Below are positions 38,085 through 49,545 of a stretch of DNA of 64,000 nt, piece after piece. The stretch comes from Lama glama (Eukaryota): contig CM052816.1 of NCBI GenBank assembly GCA_028534125.1, positions 17,176,001 through 17,240,000 on the forward strand, given 5' to 3'. The notes under the pieces are model-generated. The model did not search any database. It saw only the letters and a list, made by a program, of their open reading frames with translations, and had not been told where the DNA came from. The position numbers were made by a program, and so were the translations under genes. Position 1 is the first letter of the stretch, and each line of letters starts with the position of its first letter.

Positions 38085-40130
38085 AATGTGTACAGCTTTA
38101 TTGAAGTATATTAACATACAATAAACTGCACATATTTTTGAATTTTTCAAAGTTTATATAAATGGGTCTTTTAAAAATTGAAGTATAGATTGTTTTTTAA
38201 CTGAAGTATAGCTTTTAAAAAATTATAATGTGTTAATTTCTAGTGTACAGCATAGTGATTTGGTTATACACACACATATATATTCCTTTTCTTTATAGGC
38301 CATTACAAGATATTAAATATAGTTCACTGTGCTGTAGAGTAGGACTTTGTTGTTTATCTATTTTATGTATAGTAGTTAGTATCGACAAATTCCGAACTCC
38401 CAATATGTCCCTCCCTACCCCCTTTCCCCATGGTAACCATAGGTTTGTTTTCTACGTCTGTGTCTCTGTTTTGTAAATAAGTTCACTTGTGTCTTTTTTT
38501 TTTTTTTTTTAGATTCCACATATAAGTAATATCATATGGTATTTTTCTTTCTCTTTCTGGCTTACTTCACTTAGTATGAGAGTCTCCAAGTCCATCCATG
38601 TTGCTGCAAATGGCATTATTTTATTCTTTTTTATGGTTGAGTAGTATCCCAGTGTATATATACCACATCTTCTTTATCCAGTCATCTGTCAATGGACATT
38701 TAGATTACTTCCATGTCTTGGCTATTGTATATAGTGCTGCTATGAACATTGCGGTACATTCTTATCAAATTAGAGATTCCTTTGGATATATGCCAGGCAT
38801 GGGATTGCTGGATCATACGGTAAGTCTATTTTCAGTTTTTAACGGAGTCTTCATACTGTTTTCCATATGGCTGTACCAAACTATATTCCCACCAACAGTG
38901 TAGGAAGGTTCCCTTTTCTCCACACCTTCTCTAGCATTTATTGTTTGAACTACACATATTTAAAGTGTGCAATTTGAGAAGTTTTGTCATGCAATACCCC
39001 TGTGAAGCCATTACCACAACAAAGATAATTAACAATCCATCACCCCCCATAGTTTTCTTGTGTTCCCATGTAATACCTCCCTTTTACCATCTATCTTCAA
39101 ACAACCACTGATTTTCTCTGTCACAATAGTTTAGTTTGTATTCTGTAGAATTTTATATAAATGGCATACAATAGGTACTGTGTTTTTTTTGATGGGGGTG
39201 TAACTTCTTTCACTCAGTGTAATTATTTTGAGATTCATCCTTATTGTAATCTGTATCAATTGTTCATTCTTCTTTATTGCCAAGTAGTAGCCATTATATA
39301 GATATACCATGTGTGTTTGTTCATTCACCTGTTGATGGACTTTGGATTGTTTTTGGGTTTTGGCTATTTCGCATAAAGCTGCTATGAACATTCATGTATG
39401 TATCTTTGCATGAACACATCCTTTTATTTCTGGATGAACACCTGGGAGTGAAATGGCTGGATCAAATGTAGTTGTCTATTTAATTTTTACGTGGTTGTTC
39501 CATTTTATTTCCCACTGACAGCTTATGAGGTTTCAGTTCCTCTACATCCTTGCCAACTCTTGGTATGTGTCAGTCTTTTAAATTTTAGCCATTCTAACAG
39601 ATGTGCAGTAGGCAATATCATGTGGTTTTCATTAGATTTCCCTGATAACTGATGAGCATGAGCATGTTTTCAAGTGCTTATTTGCCCTCTATAGATCTTC
39701 TTTGGTGAAATGTCTCTTTAGTTTTGTTGCCCACTTAAAAAATTGGGTTGTTTTCTTGTTACTGGATTTTGAGAGTTCTGTATATATTTTGGGCAGAAAG
39801 TCTTATGTGCTTTCCAAATATTTTCTCCCAGTTTGGCTTGCCTTTTCATTCTCTTATCAGTGCCTTTGAAGTGCAGAAGTTTTAAATTTTGATGAAATCC
39901 AGTTTATCAATTTGTTCTTTAAAGGAGCGTATTTTTGGTGGTGTGTCTAAGAAATCTTTGTCTAACCCAAATTCACAAAATTTTTCCCTATATTTTCTTC
40001 TATAAGTTTTATAACTTTAATTTTACATTTAGGGCTATGCTCCATTTGAGTTTTTATATGGAATGTGGTATAAATCACAGTTCTCCTTTTTTTTGCATAT
40101 GAATATCCAATTGTTCCAGCTGTTTGTTGA
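38085..40130 (-). mobile_element. L1MB-like element with a younger camelid-type L1 3' end (~38140-38947) nested inside it
   Basis: Duplicated target aact(g/a)cacatattt at ~38124 and ~38948. Antisense ORF2 remnants (ORF 39131..39391). Confidence 0.8.
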
Positions 40131-41490
40131 AGAATATTTTATGCATAGTTTTTCAGATTAAAAAAAGTCTCTATTAGGCCAGATCTTTGCATTTTACAGA
40201 TAAGAAAACAGACTTAGAGAAGTGAAGTGACTTGCCCAATACTACATAGCTGGGTAGGGTTAGATGTAGGACTAGTACCCAAGTCTTTGATTTCCAGTCC
40301 ATTAGGTTGTTAGCTGTGTTGTCTTTTTATTTTGCCCTTTCAAGTATGCTGTCCTTGAGTATTATTATTCTGACTACTTTTTAGAAGAGAGAACTGAGGC
40401 CTAAGAGAAGACTATCACTTCAGAGACTATATGTGAAGGCCCCGTACTTCTCAGACCTCATCCTCTTATTATTCTCCCCTTACTCATTCTGCTTCAGACT
40501 TCCCGCTCTTCCTTGAATCCACCTGGCTTATTGCTGCCTCAGGGCCCTGGCAGCTTGTTCTACCCTCTCCCCAGACTCTCTTCCCTCAGCTGTCTGCATA
40601 TTTTACTTCCTTACTTCCTCCAAGTCTTTTCTCAAGTGTCACCTCAGTGAAACCTTCCCAAACTACATGTTTAAAATTGCAAGCCCTTCTTCCATCAATC
40701 TGCATCCCCCTTCCCAGTATTCTGTAGTCTCTGTAGTTGGGTTGTGAAGCCAGGCCCTTTGGGTGACAATAGATTTCCTGTGAGAGTGATACCAAGGCCA
40801 TGACTGAGTGAAGGTAGAAAGTCTTTTTCTACATGATCAGCATTCAGGAAGGATGCTGAAAGTGTCTTGAAATGGCCTGCTTTTTTTCCCATCATCTTTG
40901 GGGAGTTAGATTCCTCCATAGATTTTTAGCCCAACTGTCTGATCTGTGGGCTGAGTCTGACCCATATAAATTTATAGAAGAGCAGCCTCCTCAGGGCTTA
41001 TGTAGGTGTCAGAAATTTTAATATTGCTACTATTTTTTTCAGTCTCTAACTTGTTACAGGCACCATTTATACATTATCTTCAATCCTCATAACAGTCCTG
41101 CAAGGCAGGAATTATTCTCTCTCTTGCATATAGAGCTCTAGGGTCAGAGATGTTAAAGAAGCTTGCCTCATTTCACATAGCTCGTAAGTGGCAGGGTGAG
41201 GAATTAAACCCAGGGTGAGATGACTCAGAACCTGAACATTTTATACTATGCTTTGATAATGTGTTACCACTTTCCTATCCATCTCTCCTCTCCTAGGAAT
41301 GTCATCAGATACTACTGGAGCATGGGGTGAGTAGGGAAGGCCAGTCCAGTGTCATCTCTACATCTCTTCCAGAAAGGAAGGCAGCAGAAATCCCTATCCG
41401 TAGATGTTAGAACTGAGGCACAAAAGGGGTTTAGTGACATGCTTAGGGCTGCAAAATAAGTCCTTGGAAGACTTGGGATGAGAACCCTAG

Positions 41491-42113
41491 TGTGGGTTTG
41501 TCACCAGTTGTGGGTTCTGGCCAGCAGAAGTCCCACCGAGATGGAATGAATTACTCAAGACTGTGGAAAAGTCAAGAGAGCAAGAGGGAGTCAGGAGCCA
41601 ACTCCACGAGCCTCTCAAATCCCTCATATTTATTGAGTACAGTCAAAGGAGGAATGCAGGAATTTAGGGAAGGACAGGGTGGGATCACAATTAGTACAAA
41701 GGCTTTGTTTATTGTTGGTGTTTGGCTCAAGGTCAGAAGACCCTTTTTGGTGAATCATGTTTGTGTTGAGCCTTTCAGCTTATCAGGGCAGAATGTAGGA
41801 GAATCAGCTGCTTAACAACTTGGACTCAGGCGGCTGTGCCAGTCTTAGGTTGCCCCCTTAGGGGATCTTACCCGTCATTGGCTAACCAAGCTTCTCAACC
41901 CTGAGTCTGCAGTTTTTTATAAGTTGTTTACCATTCCAGCCCAAGGCTGTTTTGGGGATAGAAGACTAACAGCAGGCACGCCCAGCCCAGCGTTTATAGC
42001 CAGGGGCCTGGGCCATTGCTAAAACCTCAAGGCAGTTCCTAAGCGCATCTTCTTTAAGGAAATAAGCAGCTAGGATCTGTTACAATTTGTTAACCCAATC
42101 ATGGGCTCCCACA
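41491..42113 (-). mobile_element. Solo ERV LTR (623 bp), probably class II/ERVK-like, inserted into a MIR
   Basis: TGTGGG...CCCACA inverted termini and a perfect 6-bp TSD ccctag (41485-41490, 42114-42119). Minus-strand AATAAA at 41629-41634 and TATA-like motifs at ~41915-41922 and ~41993-41999. Confidence 0.85.
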
Positions 42114-43274
42114 CCCTAGGACTCCTGGCTTCCAGGAGCATTATTTGACAATCCACGTCCCACCAATACCAGAGACAATTTTATTGTATGTTGGAATGTA
42201 TAAGCAAGCAGATATTCCTTGTGGCCTCTCAGAAGGATGAGAAAACGTTTGAGATCTGTGAGCTGTTTCCTATGAGGTGCTCTGTGGAGGAATTGAGGTC
42301 CTTCCACACAGTAATGTAGGTCTAGGTTCCACTAAATCATTAACTTAGGAGCCATATTTCAGACTCACTCTACCAAGCTAGATGCCCAGCATTTTTATTG
42401 GGCTCCAAAATTAGATTTAACATCTGTTTTTGAGAGCTCCTGGCTGAAGCTCTTCTAGAAGCAATTCTGAAATCCTTGTTTTGTACTTTCTTTCTCAATT
42501 CCCTGAAATCATAGAGAGAGGGTGTTTTTTCAAAGGCATGTGAGTAAGGAGGGGCTTTGTCTGAAAACTCTCGTAAAGTGTTCCACGGCAGGCATACTTT
42601 ACAAGCTAATAATTTATTACGTGATTTAGTACAATCTATCTCTCTCTAGGAGCTCACAGTGCTACTGCTGAAGTTCTTCATCTGCTGGAGGTGCTGAGAA
42701 CATAGCTTGCTCTGTGTAGTAAGATGAATAGGAAGCATCTGGATACCCATTCTCCTGAAAGATTTTCGTCTGAACAGACTAGCAGGACCCAGTGCTGTAG
42801 AAGACAGAGCTGTTGGTCAGTGCCAGTCAGGGATGCCAGGCTTCAGCTACATCTTTGCAAATTTTCCAGTTTGTATAGTCTTTGCCAGTGACCATGTATC
42901 CTCTTGGTTTCCTGGGAGAGCTAGGGAATTAGATTCTAATGAAAAGGCACAGTCCCACTCTGCCTGTTTCTAAATGCTTAACCAGGTAGTAATTGTCTGG
43001 ATTACTTAGAGTCCCCCCCCCAACCCTGCCCCACCCCACATGAAACAGTGCATTCCTCAAGAGCAGGGACCCAGTCTTTTTCTTTTCTTTATCTCCTATG
43101 TCTAGCAGAGAACTTGGCAGAGAATTTGATAGTTGAATGATGAATGAAAGATGATCAGATCTGAAGCTAGACACATCAGGGTTTACTACTGTGTGACTAC
43201 GCAACTGTTTAACTGACTGTTTCCTCATTTGTAGACTGGAGTAATATTATTTACCTTCAAGAATGTTTTTTGCT

Positions 43275-43417
43275 GGGAGAGGATATAGCTCAAGTGATAG
43301 AGCACATGCTTAGCATGCCCACGGTCCTGAGTTCAATCCCAGCATCTCCTCTAAAAGTAAATAAATTAGTAAATAAACCTAATTATCTCCCCCACCAAAA
43401 AAAAAAAAGACTAAAAA
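43275..43417 (+). mobile_element. tRNA-derived SINE, camelid Vic-1-like
   Basis: A box TAGCTCAAGTGATAG, B box GAGTTCAATCCC, A-rich tail, and 12-bp TSD aagaatgttttt at 43259-43270 and 43418-43429. Confidence 0.85.
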
Positions 43418-44189
43418 AAGAATGTTTTTAGGATTGAGTTAATGAGTAGAAAGACAAGATGGCCCTTTGGATACACAGCAGTTAAGAGCATAACCAGCCT
43501 CATCTCTGGCTAAATCCTATCATCCTTTGGATCTTAGTTTTAAAGTTGTTTCTTGAAGGAAGATTCCCTTATCTACTTCCTGTCTCCATTCTCCCAGATA
43601 AGGTTAGTTCCTTCTGCCAGGTGCCCTCATAATTTGAATTTTCTCTGCATTTCTCTGTATTTCGCTTGTCACAATTTACCTTTTTCAAAAAGCATTATCT
43701 TTGATAGACTGTAAATTCCAGAAGAGTAGGGCATTATGTCAGTCTTGCTAACTATTGTATTTAATCACGTAGTAGATGCTTGTTAAATATTTATTCAGTT
43801 AGTGATGCATTTTACAGATGAGGAAACTGAAGCTTAGGAAGGATAAGCAATTTGCCCAAACTTCAAGTTAGACCCATGTCTCCTGACTTCTTACACCACA
43901 TCTGCCTCATGGACAGACACTTTGAATTGTTGTTTTTTAAAGCTTTTACTTTTTCTCATCCACTTGGAAAAATTATACAAATAATGCATGTTCCTAGTAG
44001 ACTTTTAGAAAATGCAGATAAGCAAATAGACCAAAAGAAAGGGAGGGGAAGGGAGCCTAGAAGGTAAGATGGAACAAGGAAGAAATTAGTAAAGATAGGT
44101 CACCCCAAAGTCCTATCGCCTGGGGATAAACACTGTTAACACTTCGGAATATTTCCTTTTAGACATTTTTCTAGGTGAGACATGTGCAT

Positions 44190-44214
44190 ACACACACACA
44201 CACACACACACACA
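44190..44214. repeat. (CA)n microsatellite
   Basis: About 12 CA units read directly. Confidence 0.95.
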
Positions 44215-47150
44215 TTAAAATATTTGTCTTTGTTTTTAAATTGAGAAACTTTTCTGGAAATATAAAGGTATAACACTTGAATCTTCAGGAGACAACTGTG
44301 TGGTGACAGTGTCTAGGAGTCCTGCTGCTGTAAAGAAGCACAAGACATCTTCTAGGATTCCAGGATGAGGAAAATTTCCTCCAAATCCGTAATGCAATGA
44401 CTTTTGCTTCTAGGTTTTATGATTCCTTAGTGAGAGAAGAAGAATTTGACTCACTGAAAAAGACAAAGTTCTGTCCTGCCTTAACCTGGCTTTTCTTCCC
44501 ATGGAGTCATAATGAGGCCCTCTCTCCTGAAGGCTGATTGCCTTGGAATACTAGCCTTTCATTTCTAAAAGCTGTTTGCTTGAAGAACTTTGTCAACTTA
44601 GTTGGAAGTTAGTAGGACATTTCCTTCCACTCCAAGGACCTGCCCATTTTTTTTTCTTAGTGGGGGGAGTTTATTGTGTTCTGTACAATATTAGCTCTTG
44701 TTTTATCACTTTTTGTTAAATCTAATGCCTTGACTGACACTTCTGTTTCCATTCTGAAATAACCACTGCAGTGCAATTTGTATGAAATGAAATGCTTATT
44801 GAGTTATCAATCAGCCATTTGGACTAAGTGGAGAAAATTTAATTGTTTTTCATTATTTATGGCACTAAAGAATTTGCAGGAATCTAGTTTTGCAAATTAA
44901 AGTATATGGGTTTATGAAATTTCTTATGGAAGAAATTCTTTGAAAAACAGTATATCTACATTAAATCACCTTATTTTATAATGGTGTGTATCAGTTGTTT
45001 GTTTTGGGTGAACACACAATGGTGATACAGTGAAAATGACTACAAGTTTTTGCCTACTGTAAGAAAGTCTGTAGTCACGTTCTCAAGTTATGATCCTCTC
45101 CGCTCAGCATCTTTTGCACTAGCATTTTAAATTGTGCCCTACTTATGGGCAAGCCTGCACAGACCTGACTGATTTGCCAGACTGACAGCTGATTACTTTC
45201 AAGAAACCGCACTCTGGTTCTTGCTGTGTGTCATGTCCTTCCTGAGTACCATTAATCTTTAATTGCTTAACTCCCAACTCTGATAATTCACAGTCCTTGT
45301 CTCACAGAACAGTCTGGCTTACAAAATAAATCCTTTAGTCAATTTAATTCAATTCAATTAATAACAATTGGATGCCTACCATGAGCAAGATAAGTGCTGT
45401 GAGGTACACAAAACAAATAATCCATACTCCTTGCCATTAAGCTGCTTAGTATATGAGGAAAAATATGTACTTACATCACCATACTAAAATGCTGCTGCAC
45501 GGTCCCTTCATAATTAAAATGACCTGTACTTTTATAAAGGATTCATAGTTTTCTTCTTATCTTTCTCAGCTCAGACAACTTTTCAGATTTCTATACTTGT
45601 ATGCTCAATTGCAGATACATTTCCATGTAGATGTTTTATAGGGTCTCAAAATCAACATGCCCTTTACCAAACTCCTGATCATCTGCCTTAAAGTTGGTCT
45701 TCCTTCAGGGTCCCCTACCCTCAGTGGATCATTTATGTTATTGATTCTCTGTTAGAAATTGTCTGGGGGATCTTTAGAAATGGTCAGAGAGAAAACTTAG
45801 GGGACTCATTGCAGGATGTGTTAGTGATTTCTTATTCAGCTCTGTTTCAATAGGCAGACGCATGATTCCCACTAATAGTCATCTTTTCTGGAAACTTTTA
45901 AAGATAAGAGATGTTACTCTTAATCCAAAATGATTTGAAGTCAGGGAACAGAAGAACATATATTTGGAGCACTGGCTAGAGGGAACTGTGTTTCCATCAC
46001 TTTCTGACAAACATCAAGTTCCAATCTCAGACAGATTCCTAGTAGGGAGAATATAGGCCCATCTGGCAACTGGGAGGGAGGTAAATGAGAAAATGAGACC
46101 TTATTTCATTCACCAAGTGGCTCACTGGTAGACTAGTTGGTGTGCACCTTCCACAAATACTGCAAAAATAGAAAATAAGGTGGACTTTCCTGAAATCTTT
46201 GTTTCCTCTCAAAAATAAGTTTTACCTCCACTGGGCACCCACAATGCTGGATTTATATTCTCATTATACTATCTTAAGTAGTTATTTCTAGACCTGTGCT
46301 CTCCCAACTATCAGAATGTAAGCCTTACAGGTAAAGGCATGCTTTAAAAACTACATTTAATTCACTATTTTTTTTGAGGTAAAAATAAACACAAGAGAGA
46401 TTGTTATTGATAGTTATGTCACTAGTGACATTTGTTTAATTAAAGCTCAAGAAAAGTTTAGAAGAAAAGACAAAACAGTTTCATAGGAGAAGGAAATAGT
46501 TCTCCTGGAGCCAGAAAGAACACTATAATATTTAGTAATAGATTAGAGATTGCTTGTGAATGCTTGGGGTGGGGTGTCAGGGTTAGAGGAGCCCGGGATT
46601 ATGTGTGTGGGTGAGGGGAGAGGATGGTATCAGTTTGTTGAAAGCCCGTTCCTACTTTCACTAGCTTGGTCTGAATCTACAATCAACATATGTTTACCCT
46701 ATAAATAAAAATATCACATTGGATCTTAATTATAGGATTAACCACAATCTGTCAGAAGGTCTAGAAAAGGTTCTAGGGTGATTTGACTGCTTTCTGTGCT
46801 CAGAGGCTGCAGCTGTACCTTTAGGATTCTAAACTGACACCATTTGAGGTTGGTTTTTAGGTAAGAGCTTTTATTTGCAGCTAATACTGTGAGACAGTTA
46901 TATTTTATTTCATTTGGGCATCCTGCAGTGCTTTTGCTGTTCATTTCCCCCAAATTATATAACAGAATTGAAATCCTGTAGAGAAGGAAGAGATAATGGA
47001 CAGGAGAGTGGAGGAAGAGACAGACAGAGAGAGGTGGGAGAGAGAGATGGAGAGAGGGAAAAAATTTTTCAGGAGGGGAAAATAGGAGGCTAATGTGAAA
47101 AATAACTACACACATTAGAAAAATCACAGGTATTCAGAGAAACGTTACCT

Positions 47151-47156
47151 TTTATT
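47151..47156 (-). terminator. Candidate polyadenylation signal of NPY6R
   Basis: Minus-strand AATAAA about 1.1 kb past the ancestral stop codon, followed by a GT/T-rich tract. Confidence 0.4.
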
Positions 47157-48232
47157 CAAAAGAAAAGAAAATACAGGTACATTTTTAACATACAAATAAG
47201 CTGCAGCTCCCATTTAATAGTACATGGGAGATTTATCCAATGAGATAAAGCTAGTGATGATTTAGTAAAAGTCACTGAACAAATGGCTATTTAAACAATA
47301 GCTTAGTATCCTTTTTTAAGACAATCTAGCTGATTCTCCTACGTAAGTGACTCTGTAGTGATGAGGGATATTTTTAAAATATTTAACTCATAAGATACAC
47401 AAGAGGTTTTAAAAGATCTAGAACTAATTATAATAGTGATACTGATGAAGTCCACCAGACCCCTTACTTAATATACATAAAGAATTAGAGATAAAATGTC
47501 AATTTGTAATGAAAGTTCTATTTACGTTGGCCATTAATAAGTTAGTTGATGTTATTTCTAGTATTATTGGAGTGCTAAAGAATTTGTGGTACTATCAGAA
47601 CTGTTAGTGAAGAAAATATACTGTTTTCATGAACTAGGGGATCTGATCCAGGCATGGGAATTAAGTATAATTACAGCACTTAGCTTAAATGTTAGGTTAA
47701 AACCATTCCTTCAACTTCCATTCCAAACTCAGTTTGTTAGTTAATAAGTTATAATAGGAGTCTTTCTGACTTTGCTATTTAATTGAATAGTGGTTTTGAC
47801 ATGGTTGAAAGTTAGTTTCCATATCTGAAAGTGGAATTGCTTCAATGCTAAGGAGGTATAGCATTGTTTTTAGTGAGGATGTCATTAATAATAGCTTTTG
47901 TGGATTTCCACTGAATAACAATAGCTGGGAATTATGGTCCCCTGCCATTAATGCCCCTTGCTTCTCTTGCTTTCTTATTGTCGTTCTTTGCCACAAATGA
48001 TGGCAGCTAGTTTGTTTTAGTTATTAGAGTTATTCTTCTAACAGAAAAGGGTGGTGTGTGTGCATGTTTGTGTGTTTGTGTTGGGTCAGTATATCAGACA
48101 GGTTTGCTGGCCTAAAGCAAAACTGAGTAGTGTAAAGTTGCTCTTTTGTTTGTTCTGTATTCTTTTGCATCTTGCCTTGTCCCCAGCCATCTCCCATTCA
48201 AGAAGGGCTTTAGCAGTAAGTATAAACAATTT

Positions 48233-49343
48233 TTATATACGTGTTGATGTATGAGCTAATCTTAATGATCCCTTGGATTCATCTGTGTGCATGCTGGAGA
48301 TGGCAATATTTTCATATCTTTCCTGAGGTGTAAAGCACCAACAGTAGTGAATAAACAACACCAGGTCCTTCTGAAAATTTTTGTTGAGAAAGCCTTAGAA
48401 GAGAGGGTTTATACATGCAGAAAACATAGCAACCAAGTGGCAAACTACAAATACCAGGCTGAGGTGACAGCGCATCAGGACCTCATGATACCAGTCAGAG
48501 ATGACACTGAAGACATTCAAGGGCAGCCAGCAAGCCACAAAGGTGACCACACTGAAGAGCATCATTTTGGTCCTCTTGTTCTCCCTGAGCCGGCTCTCAC
48601 TTTCCCTCTTCTTGTCTACTTTCTGTTTCTCCTGCGGAGGCAGATAGCAATCTTCAGGTAGCAGATGAGGATGAAGCTCAGAGGGACAAATACTGGAGCA
48701 TAAACAGGGAGGTGGTAAAGAGGGGCTGGTTCATTCTGGAGGGCTAGTTCTCTGCACAGGCCACCCAGTTGGTGTAGGGGTGCGTGGGAAGAGAGAGGTT
48801 TCAGAAGGGCTCATTGGTGAGGTGGTAGGACAGGAAGAAGGGACTAGACAACAGAAGGGAAAATAGCCAAATTAGTGTAATACTGCAGTAGGCGTAAGCT
48901 ACACTGGGTTTCCAGCCCTGGGGGTTCACAGTCAGCTGATATCTTTCAACAGCAATCAACACAAGTGAGAATATGACACAAGAGATGGAGACGCTCTGTA
49001 CATAGGAAGTGAGTCTGCACATTGATATCCCCAAACATTCAGTGGTCCATCACAGTGTAAATGACAGTATTGGAATACACATGACACACACTAAGATGTC
49101 AGAGAGGGAGAGACTGGCGATCAGTATGTTGGTGACATTCTGAGCTTCTCTCTGCTTCTTATAGGTGATAATGATGAGGGAGAGGTTTCTAAAAAAGCCT
49201 ATAATTAAGACCACAGTATAGGCTATGAATGTTAGAAGCAAGACTAGGGTAGGGGCTTGACAGGACTCGAAGTAGAAAAATGCAAAGTTGTTGCTCTTTG
49301 CACTGGTTTTATTAGATGCTGGATGGTTTAGAAAAAGCTCCAT
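48233..49343 (-). pseudogene. NPY6R: Neuropeptide Y receptor Y6 pseudogene (single coding exon, full length, disabled)
   Basis: Translates across frameshifts as MELFLNHPASNKTS...FFYFESCQ...IAVERYQL.VNP.GWKP...ACWLPLNVF...CINPLF*GFLNKNFQKDL...MHTDESKGSLRLAHTSTRI*. Stops at 49039-41 (W), 48801-03 (R), 48744-46 (W) and 48395-97 (Y of NPxxY). Frameshifts at ~49069 (-1), ~49022 (+1), ~48688 (-1) and ~48620 (-1), plus a 3-nt deletion near 48560. Length 1111 nt equals a 371-aa ORF plus stop (1116 nt) minus 5. Confidence 0.95.
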
Positions 49344-49516
49344 TATGTCAAGGTTGTAAGGAGAGTTTTTCTAGACTAAGTCATGTTATGGGTAGGTATT
49401 TTGGCCATCAGTTCTTGGAAAGAACTTTGAGTCTTCCAATGAGTAATTAGTATTTAGTCTTTCTCTTTGTCTGCTTGATGGAAGTGCATGAATGACTTGA
49501 GTATGCTCTTGAGATC

Positions 49517-49545
49517 CTAAACAATTAAACAGAACCCACAAAATT
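49517..49545 (-). other. Candidate splice acceptor of the NPY6R coding exon (exon start 49516)
   Basis: ttttgtgggttctgtttaattgtttag|GATCTC, 173 nt upstream of the ATG. Confidence 0.45.

Noticed and set aside
43275..43350. tRNA-like sequence
   Set aside because: It has an A-rich tail and TSDs, so it is a SINE head and not a tRNA gene.
48287..48661. 124-aa plus-strand ORF
   Set aside because: Antisense shadow of the NPY6R coding sequence.
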